Assembly: GCF_009914755.1 (NCBI RefSeq)
Contig: NC_060927.1
Direction: 5' to 3' (one strand)
From: the human T2T-CHM13v2.0 reference genome, Homo sapiens
Length of the DNA: 64,000 bases
The notes beneath the pieces were generated by a model. It was not told the DNA's origin. It worked only from the letters and a program-made list of their open reading frames with translations, and made no database searches. Position numbers and translations under genes: made by a program. This document shows positions 38,535 to 52,624 of this stretch, piece by piece. The number at the start of each line of letters is the position of its first letter. Position 1 is the first letter of the stretch.

Positions 38535-39851
38535 CCATGTTTAAGCTCTGTAATGAAGCCACATATAACTTGTTTCACTGATAAAATTTAAATATATTAT
38601 AATGTTTTCTCCTAACAATCTACTTATTTCATGCTTTTACCATCTCTTAAAATAAATTCACAAATCATACAATTCTTCCTTAAAATACTTCAATATTGAG
38701 ATATTTTAAAGTAAACAAGAAATAGCAATGTGCTGTTCAATTCTTTCAAGTTGCTTTTCAAATGAGAAAAAAACTTGATCTAGTGTGGCCAGCAACTTTT
38801 GTCTATAGAAATTAAATCTTAGTAAATATTTTATTAAAATAAAACTATTCACAATTCTAGCATTCAATATCCACATTGCTGCCAGTACAATGATCTGTAT
38901 TTAGCTTCAAGCATGTTACATCTAGACCTACATTTATATAAATATAAGACGAATGTGAATTTTTTAATATTGTGAATTTTTTCTCAGCCACTGGGTGCAA
39001 CTGTTATAAATACTGCAAATGTATTGTGAATACCTCTGGGTCCAATAATTAGAACATGAAGAAAAGCAAAAAAAAAATTAATGGTTGACATTATTGAGGA
39101 GTAAATCTTCATTGAGCACAAAATATTACATTCATACTATGTATGATGAAAGATTGTACTAGTTAATTAATTTGTATTTTTCTCTTCTCTGTATGCTTCA
39201 ACTACAAAAATCTTCCTTGAACTGTGAAGCAGTACCCATCTCTAATGGCACAACCTGCAATTCCTGAAGATGTTCAAATGAATTCAGCGAGAGCTGTGGA
39301 TGAGAGTTCCCTTGGAGTCTGAATGCTGTTAGTCCCAAGAGCCAGTGGGTAGTTGTTTGATACCAATGCTGAGCACTGAATTCTTTGTGACTTAGGGACC
39401 CATGTGTGTTTTAGTGAATTTGCTTTTGTTTGCTTCTGATAGACAAGACATAAAAGACCCTTTAAAATGTGGAGCGCAGTACAGGAATCCCTTTTCCCTG
39501 AGTCTTTACTGCTTTTTACTGAAGGGGGGTTAAGATCCCATAGAGTCTACTTTTCTCATGATTTTTTTCATGTCCCTTTCTAGGTCCTCATCTCTTCAAC
39601 ATGTTTGTAATTGAGCCATTGAGAATTGTTTCACTTGTTATCTACTAGACACAGAAAGATAAGAGAGAAAAAAAGAGAAAAAAAATCACGTAATGAAACT
39701 CTATGTGCTCTAATTGATTTGCTTCAGAGTTTGCTATGTCTGGCACATGTTCTTCAGATAATGTGTGTGTATCTGTATGTGTGTGTGTGCAATTACTGTC
39801 ATTTTCAGCTTTTATTTAAAATGAAATAATGGAAAATACCCTATTTTTGGT

Positions 39852-40174
<323 letters not shown>

Positions 40175-41802
40175 TGAGAGAAGAAAGAGAAAAGCACACA
40201 GTCTTTCTGCTTCCTGCTTTAACATTACTGATAATTTTTAAACCTAGAAATATTTATGGCTAAATTTATAAAATTCAGTACACTCAGCATAAAAACACAG
40301 ATTCAAGTACCATAACTGGATTATAAACTTTACATAATAATGAAAAATAATAATGCATTTAGATTTTTCACAGAAAATTTATTTAGGGTTCCTATGTTTA
40401 TTTTTTGTATGTTAGATTATGTTCTAAAGCATTTATGTAATTATTAAAAATTAATAATGTAATTAGAACTACAGAAATAAACTGGAAATGAAAGTGCATA
40501 CCTTTGTCTATCAACTGGAAAGTCCCACTTGGAAACTGTTCAGATGTAATAATGGCACCATTATGACGAACACAACAGTGTCATCACACACGGAGTATTT
40601 CCGCAGGTCGAGGAGTAATAGTGTGCAAGTGACATATTAACAAAGACAAACTTGTTTCATTTAGGTAGTGTTAATTAGTGCCTCATATAATTATCGACAT
40701 CTGGTCTGGTTTTCACCTGCTTTCCTTTTGCTGATAAATCCCATCTCCATTTAGGTGAAGTCAGCAGATTAGGCTTCAACATAAAGGACAATGTATCTAG
40801 AAAAGTATACAGGCTTTAAGGTAAATATCAAAAAGAATTGATAAATACTGAATAGAACCCCAAAAATGAGAATAATTAACATAAGAAAAAACAATACATG
40901 TATATTTATATCCAGCAGAATCTTTGTAAACCATGGACCCAGTAGTTCAGAAAAGACTCTGAAGACTGTACCTATAGATTCATCCTGTTTCAATACAGAA
41001 AATATTAATTATAACTTGCTTAATTGGAAACAAAAGAAGTATAACAATACTTGGAAAGCAGATAACAAGTTAATGGAATTTTCTGATTGGTTAAAAATTA
41101 CTTTGAAATAGATTGTTCTTTCAATACTTATTGGTTATTGAAAGCCTATTTAGAAAGCCTTCTAAAACATGCAGTTAGTGACTTCCACCCTAGTAAATAG
41201 TATGCAAATATTTTCTGGAGATTGAGGATTGTGCAATGTTTCAAACTTATGCTATAAAGTAAAAAATGTGGTACTGTACAGGCATATTCAATGGATTGAA
41301 ACTTAATCCAGAGGGACTATAGCACAAACTCCAAAAGTTATTCTCTTGCACAAACTCCTCCTTGTTTTGCTGTCATTTACGTTTTTTTTTTTTTCTAAAT
41401 CTGGTGTAGACAGTTGAAATATGCATTTTTCTAGTGAGCGATTTTGCCAGTAATTTCATTTTGTTTTACCTTATTAAGAAAATCCCTCTGACAGTTCTCA
41501 TTCTGTTTATACAATCATTTATTTTTCCCTCTATTGGGTCATTTCCAGTAATATACAAACATGCTATATTTCTTTCATTTAAAAATATTTTATCTAACTA
41601 ATTTTTTTGCCAGCTGCTTCTACAAGTCTCTCAATCTTTTCCACAAGTCTCCATAAAATAATGGTACATATCTGCTGCCATTTCCCTTTATCCCCTTTCC
41701 AATCATGCTTTTGTGTCCACTACATGACCAGAACTTAACTCTTCAGGCTCACGTTCATGTTGCTAACTCCAGTAGTTACATTCTCAGTCCTCTTCTTCCT
41801 AG

Positions 41803-42231
<429 letters not shown>

Positions 42232-42551
42232 AATCTTCTTTTGTTCAATTATTTTCTTCTCTGAAACTCTAAATTTTGGGATTTTTCCCTATCTACATTT
42301 ATTTTCTTGGTGACTTCATTCAGACTCAGGATACTAAACAATATTTTTAGGCCAAGAAATTCCAAATATATATCTCCAGTCCAGACCACTCTCCTGAACT
42401 CAACATGTACATTCAACTACCTGCTTACAATCTCCACTACTAGATAGAAACTCTAATAGATAACTCAAACTTAATACGTCCAGAACTGAATTCCTGGTCT
42501 TCCTTTAAAAATCTTACAGTCTCACTTACAACAATGCCTTTCTTTCAGTTC

Positions 42552-42665
42552 AAGGGTGGCCAACCATCCCAGTTCACCAGGAACCGAGTAAGTTCTCAAG
42601 ACGAAGAATTTTCATTGTTAAAACTGGGAAATTTCTGAGCAAAATACAATAAGTTGGTCACCCTA
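42552..42665. mobile_element. MER81-like hAT-Blackjack MITE
   Basis: TIRs AGGGTGGCCAAC / GTTGGTCACCCT; 114 bp; CAGTT on both flanks. Confidence 0.8.
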
Positions 42666-44597
42666 CCAGTTGCTCAGGACAAATATCTTAGTGTCATCCT
42701 TGATCTTTCTCTCACATCTCATATCTGGTATATTAAAACATCCTGTTGTCTTTACCTATTAACTGACTGATTCCCACCACCTCCGTTACTACCACCTAGT
42801 CAAACCACCATCTTCTCTCATCTGAATTACTGAAGAATCCTCCTGATTGTCCTACTTCCACCCTTCCATCTTTTATCATGAATTCTCAACGCAGCCACCA
42901 GAGTAATCTTTTAAAAGTATAAGCCAGGTCATGACGTTCCTTATTTTCCAAACCTTGCAGTCTCCTCCTATTTCAAAGTAAAAACCAAAATATCTACAAT
43001 GGCATATAAACCCTACATAATGTAACCCTAGCTCCTGCTCCATATATAGTCCCACCAAGAGTTGATCATTTACCTCAACTCCTACAATTATTGTCCTTGC
43101 TCACTTTGTTTTGCCACATTAGTTCCCATGATATTTCTCTTTCCTGCACACAGACTACTGTCTTAGGGCCCTTGCACTGGAAGTTTCTTCTGCTTGAAAC
43201 ACTCTTCAGGTATTTCCATAATTAACACTTTCATCTGCTTCAGGTTTTGCCCCAAAATTCACCAACTGCATAATCATCTTACTATTAAAAATTGCAATCC
43301 CCTCCACTCCCCTGCTCCTTTCTGTGCCCTATCTTTCCCTATAATTCTTGTAATATTTAACATTCACATAATTAACATTTTATCGTATGTATTTTTGTTA
43401 TCTTTCTACCCATGCTAAAATATAAGCTCCAGCAAAGTAGAGAATTCAAAAAATATTTCTCCGCTGATACACACAAAATTCCTAGAACAATACTTGACAC
43501 ATGAAGCACTCAATAAATATTTACTGAATGAACAAACATATTTATTTAACTTCACCTTAATAAGTACCTTCTAAATTCCCCTCACATTCCTAGCTCCATC
43601 CCAGGTGCTTATGGAAGACTTTAAAGATGAATGAAACATTGTCCTTAAATTTGACAAACTTACCATCCATTTGGAGAGTTGAGATATAATTATTAAGAAA
43701 GCAATTAAACATTACAACATGTAGTAATAGCTACAAACCTTGTGATCATGAGAAAATTTGAGTTTCCTTATTTGCATAATTAGTTGCTTACCTTGGGGTT
43801 GTCTAATACACTTTCAACTCTAAAATAATAACACTTTATGATTTTATAAATTATTAATGTAAAGGAATTACTGAAGAGAGTTAGGTGTGGTCAAACCACT
43901 AGAAGAAGCTACACGAATCAATAAGTATAGGAGAAACTGGGAGTCAAAAAGTATTAGAGCACACTCTACAAATCAGAAGGATAAAGAAGAGTAGTAGCAA
44001 ATCTTTCCAAAGGGAGGAGAGCTTACCCTGATTAGAAATGACAGGGTAGGTCTGACAACAGGGGACCCTGGGCAAAATCTTCACTGCCTCCAAGATGAAA
44101 GTGAGTGCAAGAAAATTAGTGTGCACACCTGGGAGAAGTCACAGAATGCTGGGAAGTCTGGAACTTGGAAATCAGTGAAATAGGAAATCCCTCTCCAACC
44201 TCCTATGACTTTCCAGAACTGAGATATACATGCTGAGAAAACTGAAAAATACAAACATACTCGGAAACAAACAAAACTGAGCAGGACAGAAATGACTGGG
44301 AGAAATGGAGGCTGAAAAATCAGATAGTGGGACAATCCCAAAAGGAGGAAAGTTTTCAAAAGGTCCTTTAACAGCAAAATATAACGTCTAAAACATAAAG
44401 CACTGAGTAAATCAGGCTCCTAGGGCTCATGAGCTAAGCATAGGCTGGAGACTGAAAGTTGTCCTGAATACAGTTAGATCTACATGAAGAGAACACATTT
44501 TGAGCCTTTCTGGTAGTGACCTGTAAAAAAGTGGATACCTTTAATTAACAATATTGGGAAAGCTATGCTACTGCCCATTCCCCTTCTAAGAAGTCCC

Positions 44598-44692
44598 TGC
44601 CTCCTTCCCTCCCTCCCTCCTTCCCTTCCTCCCTTCCTCCCTTCCTTCCCTCCTTCTTTCCGTCCTTCCTTCCTTCTTTCCTTTCCTCTTTC
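44598..44692. repeat. (CCTT/CCCT)n pyrimidine tract, probably the tail of the adjacent Alu monomer
   Basis: Direct reading; abuts the 3' end of the minus-strand monomer. Confidence 0.85.
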
Positions 44693-44806
44693 TGAAAGGC
44701 CTCACTTCACTGCCCAGACTGCTTTTTAACTCCTGGCTTCAGGCAATCCTCCCGCCTCGGTCTACCAAATTACTGGGATTATAGGCACGAGCCACAGTGC
44801 CCAGCC
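44693..44806 (-). mobile_element. FLAM / free left Alu monomer
   Basis: AACTCCTGGCTTCAGGCAATCCTCCCGCCTCGG...GGGATTATAGGCACGAGCCACAGTGCCCAGCC; single arm only. Confidence 0.82.
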
Positions 44807-45068
44807 CTAAAGAGCCTCTTTCTAATAGCTTAGGAAAACTCACTCCTTTATAAATGTGGGGGAAAATGCAGTCTAACTCCAATATAAGTTACTGCTAAAA
44901 AAAAAAAGTAATAAAAGTTAATATGATAATGTTTCAAAAGACAGTAAGAACACATAAGAAAAAAAATATGTGGTCTCAAAACAGAAACTCTGGCACAATA
45001 TTTCAAAGTAAGGTACAGAAAATGCTAGAAGCTTTGAAATACTATTTCAACTAAGAAATTCAAAATCT

Positions 45069-45401
<333 letters not shown>

Positions 45402-45532
45402 TCAAAATCTCAGAGCTTATATGGATAACTGATAAAAAGACAGGAGGGAGGGATTGACAATTATTAAAATTGAATTGGAAAAAGGGAAAAATATTCAGAA
45501 ATAAAGCTAAAATAAGAATATAAGAGTAAATT

Positions 45533-45798
<266 letters not shown>

Positions 45799-47769
45799 TT
45801 AACAAATAGAAAATCAAAACCAAACCAGTTAGACTTAAAAAAAGATATTAAAAAGATTTGAAAACCTGATGGAGAAAATCTGTAAAGCTGATTAAATATT
45901 CATTTAATAGTTGTTCCTGAAGATAGACATTGAAGCAACAAAACAGAAAAAATTATTTAAAATTACAATTATCAAAATATTCTGGAAAAACAAAAATTGA
46001 TTCTATTGAAAATTCATACTCTCCTTGTACATGGAGTCAATACCAAGACAGATTAGACTATAAAGATAAGGAAAAATTGCCTTCAGAAATTCAGAACCAC
46101 ACGTCCTCCATCCTTACTCCATACCACCAACACATATACATAAATCAATTAACTAATTACAAAAATGAAAGTCATCCTAAATTTCTAAACAACAATGTTT
46201 TAAGCTACAAAACAATTAAGCAACATTTTTAAAGTATTGAAGGAAACCATATGTGAGCCAAGGTTTTTATACCTGGTCAAACATCCTTTGGTACAAAGGC
46301 TATAAAGAGTTATAAACAGGCACTACTTGAAAAAATACCATTTCCATAAACCTTTTCTAGGGAACTTATCACAGAAAGAGATTCAGAAAACTGTAACATC
46401 TGGAAAGCTCTTTCATATGGTCTAGTGGCCTGGCAGTAAGCATTTAAGGACCAGAAAATGAAAGATGATAAAATGCAATGTGCATATTACAGGCCCTGAT
46501 GTTGGAGAACTAGTACAACTAATTACTAATTGGGATGGAAAGGGGTAAATAGAAATTAGAATACACTCGCTGATTGACTTACTGGTATTAGGAAGGGAAA
46601 GATATAATTTAAAACAAAAATTAAGAGCTTGAAGCTTAAGTATGTTTTGCTCTACAAACAACACTAAGATTATACTTATATCTAGCAAGAGAGGAAAAGA
46701 AGCAGTTTCTGGCTGACAATAATATTAATAATAGAAAGAAACTGTTTCAGAACAGAGTATGGTTAAATGCATTATAGATAGGTATTAGTGTAAAGCTAAC
46801 CATTAGAAAGACTTCAAACGTTCCCAAATAGCAAAGGAAATAATGGGGGAGAAGGGCAAACAACTAAAATAATGGAACATGCACATGCATTCACATTTAT
46901 ATAACATAATACTTTATTATAGAACTGAGACCAAATATATCAGTTGTATCAATGCATGTTAGTGGACTTACATAAGAAAAAGATTTTCAGATTGGCTAAG
47001 AAAGCAAAATTCAACTTTATGCTGTATGCAAAAGATATACCTAAAATAAAGTGAATTGAAATGGGTAAAGATAAAAGCATGAACAAAAATACACCAGGCA
47101 AAGGCAAGAAAGAAGAAAGCAGGGGCCATGACCTTGATCTAAAACAAGGTAGAATTCAGGCCAAGAAGAATTAAACGATACAAAGTAGGACACACTATAA
47201 TGCTAAAGAGTGCGATTCACAGTGAAGATATTAATATCTATTCACCAAATATCAGTAGCAACTTTCATAAAGCAGAAACTACAGGCGATGAAAGGAGAAA
47301 TAGACACATATTAAAAATAGGAAACTTTAGCACACTTATCTCAGATCTAGACAGATCAAGGGGAAAAAATGTTAGTAAGGACATAGAAGGCCTAAAAACC
47401 ATAAGATAGAGTCTATAAATATATAAGCACTTTATCCTGATAGCAGAAAATATACCTTTTTTTCAAGTATACATAAATCCTTATTAAAATTAACTATATA
47501 TTAGGCCATAAATAACTCAAAAATAGAAATACAAACAACATTAAAAGGTAAGTCCTCAATTAGTAATAATAATAAAAAATGCACTTCTCACCAGGAAACT
47601 TTTTTAAAAAGTAAGCTCATATCAAAGAAAAAACTCAAACTAAAATTCTGAAATTCTAGAGAAGAATAATTTTATGAAATCATGATGAATTAGAATCTAA
47701 TAAAAATGAAAATGCCATAAAACAGCTAGTAGCATCTTATGTTTGGGAAAGTCTTTCTAAGCATAAAGG

Positions 47770-48076
47770 ACTGGAGAGAACGACCCTTTAAAATCAGTGA
47801 TACTGCAGTGTGGAGGATGTATAGACGGAAAAAGGAAGCTCAGAGACCAGGTAGTTTCGATTAGCATGGTAGCAGTGGAGATGGAGACAAGTAGGGAGAT
47901 TTTAGATTTTTTATGCATAATCTAGAGAATTTGAGCAACATTTGGATAAAATAGGAATGAAAAGTTAGATGCAAGAAAGAATCACAGTTCATTGTATAGG
48001 ACGCAGGTGGGTTGCACTTGCCATTTACTGAGAGAAAAAGAATGAGAGAAGATTTTGGGTGGTGGAGGCAGTGTGG
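47770..48076 (-). mobile_element. L2 fragment
   Basis: GGTAGCAGTGGAGATGGAGACAAGTAG; GCCATTTACTGAGA. Confidence 0.6.
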
Positions 48077-48113
48077 TCTATTTTGTAACTTACAAAATAA
48101 GTTACAAAATAGA

Positions 48114-48900
48114 TAATTCTTAATAGAAGAAATTCAAAAGACCAATAAAATAAGATTAAGTTCAACTTTAGTTTTCATCAAAGAAATGTATTTTTAAACA
48201 AACAAAATGTTTAACTTTTCAAATTAACAAATTACTGATGAGAGTGGTGAAATGAACACTTTCCTATCCTGCCAATGTTTTATAAACTTTTAACTTTTCT
48301 AATTAGCAATATGGAAAGATATGACCTAGTAATTCCACTTCTCTTCTTTTTCTTTTTGTTTTTTTTATTTTGATGTGTGAGACAGGGAGACAGGGTCTCA
48401 CTCTGTTGCCCAGGATGGAATGTAGTGGAGTGATCTCAACTTACTGCAACCTTGGCCTCCTGGGTTCTAAGAATCCTCCCACCTCAGCCTTCTTAGTACC
48501 TGAGATTACAGGCATGTGCCATGATGCCTAGCTAATTTTTGTATTTTATTTATTTATTTATTTTGTATCTTTTGGTGGATACAGGGTTTTGCCATGTTGC
48601 CCGAGCTGATCTTGAACTACTGGGCTCAAGTGATTGTGGGATTATAGGTGTGAGCTACCGCACCAGCCTAATTTCATTTCTAGAAATGTATACTGAAGAA
48701 CTAATTAGTGATTTGGACTAATATCTATGCATAAGAATGGCAACCACAGTCTTATATATAACAGTAAAAAATACAGCCAATTACTCATTTTCATCATGTA
48801 AATTTAAAACAATGAATGTTAAATAAATTAATAGACTAATATATGATAAGCATCTATGTAGTTATTATCAATTATCATTCTGAAAGCATACTTTGGAAGG
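48114..48900 (+). mobile_element. L1ME-like 3' fragment split by an AluJ
   Basis: AGAAGAAATTCAAAAGACCAATAAA; TGACCTAGTAATTCCACTTCT|AGAAATGTATACTGAAGAA. Confidence 0.6.
48343..48668 (-). mobile_element. Alu SINE, AluJ, with small internal deletion
   Basis: GAGACAGGGTCTCACTCTG, CTGGGCTCAAGTGA; TSD TAATTCCACTTCT / TAATTTCATTTCT. Confidence 0.9.
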
Positions 48901-49130
48901 CAATTTTGGTTTACATCAATAGAAAGCACTTTGACGTTAGCACAACTATCTGCACCAAGCCTCATTCTAAAATAACTGAACAATTAACTTCACATAAAAA
49001 TAAGCAATAGAAATATATCAAGATAAAGTTCCATACAAAGATACAATAAGAATGGTGAGAAGGAATAGCATAAAATTTTTGAAGATAGTGCAAGTATGCT
49101 ATAATGACACACTTTAAAAAATCAAAGTTA

Positions 49131-49338
49131 CCAGGACCTGTCCGGGGTGGGGGACAAGGGGAGGCAGAGCATTAGGACAAATACCTAATGCATGTGGGGT
49201 TTAAAACCTAGATGACGAGTTGATAGGTGCAGCAAACCACCATGGCACATGTATACCTATGTAACAAACCTGCACATTCAGCACATGTATCCCAGAAATT
49301 AAAGTAAAATAAAACAAAAATAAATACAAATAGAAAAT
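49131..49338 (+). mobile_element. L1PA7/8-like extreme 3' end
   Basis: GCATTAGGACAAATACCTAATGCATG...GCAAACCACCATGGCACATG; TSD AAAAATCAAAGTTA / AAAAATCAAAATTA at a TTT/AAAA endonuclease site. Confidence 0.92.
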
Positions 49339-49900
49339 AAAAATCAAAATTATTACATGTAATTTTCAAATAAATCATTAGGAAATGATTCAAGACATAA
49401 AGGAACAACATCAACATGAATTAGAAAACTCAGAAGGTAATGTCACATGACAAAGTATGAGCTGTGTAGAGTGATTTGAATTACAGGTTCTCGTGTGAAT
49501 ACAGAGAATCTACACTATGGATATTGCAGAACATACACACACACACCACAAAAGACAAGAAAAATATTCCAAAATATTCCCAGGGGTTATTTCTAAGTGG
49601 TAGAATTATAGATGGTTTAAATTTCTCAATCTTTCTTGTGTTTTCCATTTTTTATACAATAAGCATGCATTCTTTCCATAAACCTTTGGTGTCAGAGGAC
49701 CTCAGGTGCAAAAGATGAAAATAATGATACTCCTCAGTTCATGACTTACCATCATCTTTTATCTACATGAAGTCTTTCACTCTTGCTTTATTTATTTGTT
49801 TATTCTTTTTGTTTCCCTATTCCCGATTCCCCCACCTTCGATAAACAACCATCCTTGTTTTTTTAATGCATACTACTTCGTTTATATGTCTTATTAATAT

Positions 49901-50382
<482 letters not shown>

Positions 50383-50425
50383 CCATCTTATTAATATTTA
50401 TATTTTGTGTGTATGCATTTTAGCG

Positions 50426-51890
50426 TACATCAATGGAGGGCTCTGGCTCTTTGAAGTTAGCAAAGCTCTCTGGATCAAGCCTCATTCTTAAAATAAAGAT
50501 AAGCTAGATTCACATAAAAATATATAACAGAAATATATCAAGGTAAAACACCATATGAAGTTGCAATAAGAAAAATACAAAGGAGTAGCGTGACATTTTT
50601 AACGGCATGTTATTTTTATTTATGTGTACTTCCAAAAAACATGAAAAACGATTACATACTCTTTCAAAATAACTGAAAGGACATTAAGAAAATGATTCAA
50701 ACTTTAGAGAACAAACACAAATTAGTAAACTCAGAAATCAGTGACAGATGTTACAGAAAATTAGGAATATTAGAAAAAGGTTATTTTAGAAATGAAGACT
50801 AAACTGGTAGAAATAGAAGAGTAAGTAAAGCAATAAGATATACCTTAAGACAATTAGAAGAAAAAAAGAATACTTTTTTAAATCAAAAGGACATGAGAAA
50901 AGAGATCAAAAGAAGGTAAAGGAAAGAGACAAATCACCAAGTTCAGCAAATAAATCCAACATATGAATATAGGAGTACCTGAAGAACAAAACCAAAACAA
51001 AAATCAAGCAACATTAAAAACTATAATTCAAATATTATTCTTGAAATAAACCAACAGATTTGAAACTATATATTGGAAAAGATAACTTTGTACTTGAAAA
51101 TATCAATCTATGAAATCCAAAAACAAAACAAATTATTTTAAAGATATTGGACTTTAAAAAAGAAAACTATTTCATGGGTATTTAAGCTGAATAATTGAGA
51201 CTTGTAAGTAAAATAAAATTAGATTATCGTTAGAACCTTTAATAACAACTCTGTAAACCCAAAGAAAACAGTAACAGTAACATATTAACAAAGTCAAAGG
51301 AAACAAAATGTAAACTAAAGATTTTGTGTTTGATGTAGCAAAATATATCTTCTAATATAGAGGGCAAGGCAAAAGGTTATCCAAATGGTAAACCTCAGGG
51401 AATATTTTCCCCTTGATCTTTCCTAAAGAATCTATTAAAGGATCAACTTTAGACAAACAAAATTATTAGAGAGACTTCTACATAATAACTAGTGGTGAAC
51501 ATTAAATACATCATTTTTATAAAACTAGGATTATAGAAAGATTAAAAGAAATAGATTATAATATGTAACAATATGATCTGGCAATGTAGTTATATTTATC
51601 AACCTAAAAAATGGGGAGAGAATGGGGACAGCATACACAAAACTCTTTTAACTATTCAATAATCATATTTTGCAGTAGTAGATTTGTATGGTGATTCTGA
51701 GACTATTGTATGTCTAAAATGATATAAAGTGGTTGGTATAAAGGAATGGATATAGAATACTCTAATTCTATTATATCCAGTGTCCTTGAGAACCAGAATT
51801 CCTAGTGGGGAAGACAGGAGATACTTATTTTATAGAAGAGATGAAGTACAACTCTTCATCTCTGAAGAGTTGAATTAGAACTGCAACTTT
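50426..51890 (+). mobile_element. HAL1/L1M-like ORF1-region fragment
   Basis: A-rich; ATCCAACATATGAATATAGGAGTACCTGAAGAA, TTGAAACTATATATTGGAAAAG and AAATTAGATTATCGTTAGA resemble old L1 ORF1. Confidence 0.6.
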
Positions 51891-52093
51891 CAAGGTATCT
51901 TAGTTTTAAAAAGATGTATATGTAATGTAAATATTTGCTCTCCCAACCAAAGGCCTAGAAGCAATGTCTGATGACCAGCCCAGTAGCAATGAACAGCTAT
52001 AATTTCCAGATACTGGTCTTGAAAGAGTGAAACATTTTTCTTGTTAGGATTTTTTTTTTCTTCTTGATGACAAGACTTGACATTTATAAGCAA

Positions 52094-52272
52094 CTTCCTC
52101 CCTTTCCTTCCTTCTTTCCCCTCCCCTCCCCTCCCCTCCCTTCCCCTCCCCTCCCCTCCCCTTGCTTCCTTCCTTCCTTCCTTCTTCCTTCCTTCCTCTT
52201 CCTTTTTCTCTCCCTCCTGCTTTCTCTTATCACTCCTTCTCTCATCCTATCTCTTTTTCTCTCTTTCCTTCC
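52094..52272. repeat. (CCCCT)n/(CCTT)n/(CT)n polypyrimidine tract
   Basis: About 180 bp almost entirely C/T on the + strand. Confidence 0.92.
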
Positions 52273-52624
52273 ATCTTGGAGAAAGCTTAACAAACTTTAA
52301 ACAGCTTAGAATTCTGAAGACAGAAATTGTTTTTTACTCTTCTTTCCTCTAGACAATCATTTTGAAAAGATGTCTGTCTAAAAAACAAACTCTTTCAAAA
52401 ATTGACACATAAATGTTTTTAGCCTGCAGTGTTGCCCACCACAAATTGCTAGAAACAAATAATATTTATTTGTTTAAATTGAATAAATATAACACAAAAC
52501 ATGCATTTGAAATAAATTATTTGGTAAAAGGGAAGTCTATGGACTACTTAAAATAATGTTGACAAAATTAAAAATTAAGAAATATTACATCAAAAGATTT
52601 TTTTACATTGTATAAATATACCAC

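Noticed and set aside
44598-44692. GGAA microsatellite as an ETS-fusion response element
   Set aside because: Only about three consecutive GGAA units; the tract is interrupted
52064-52352. Pro/Ser/Leu-rich and Arg/Glu/Gly-rich ORFs
   Set aside because: Artefacts of the CT-rich simple repeat, which lacks stop codons
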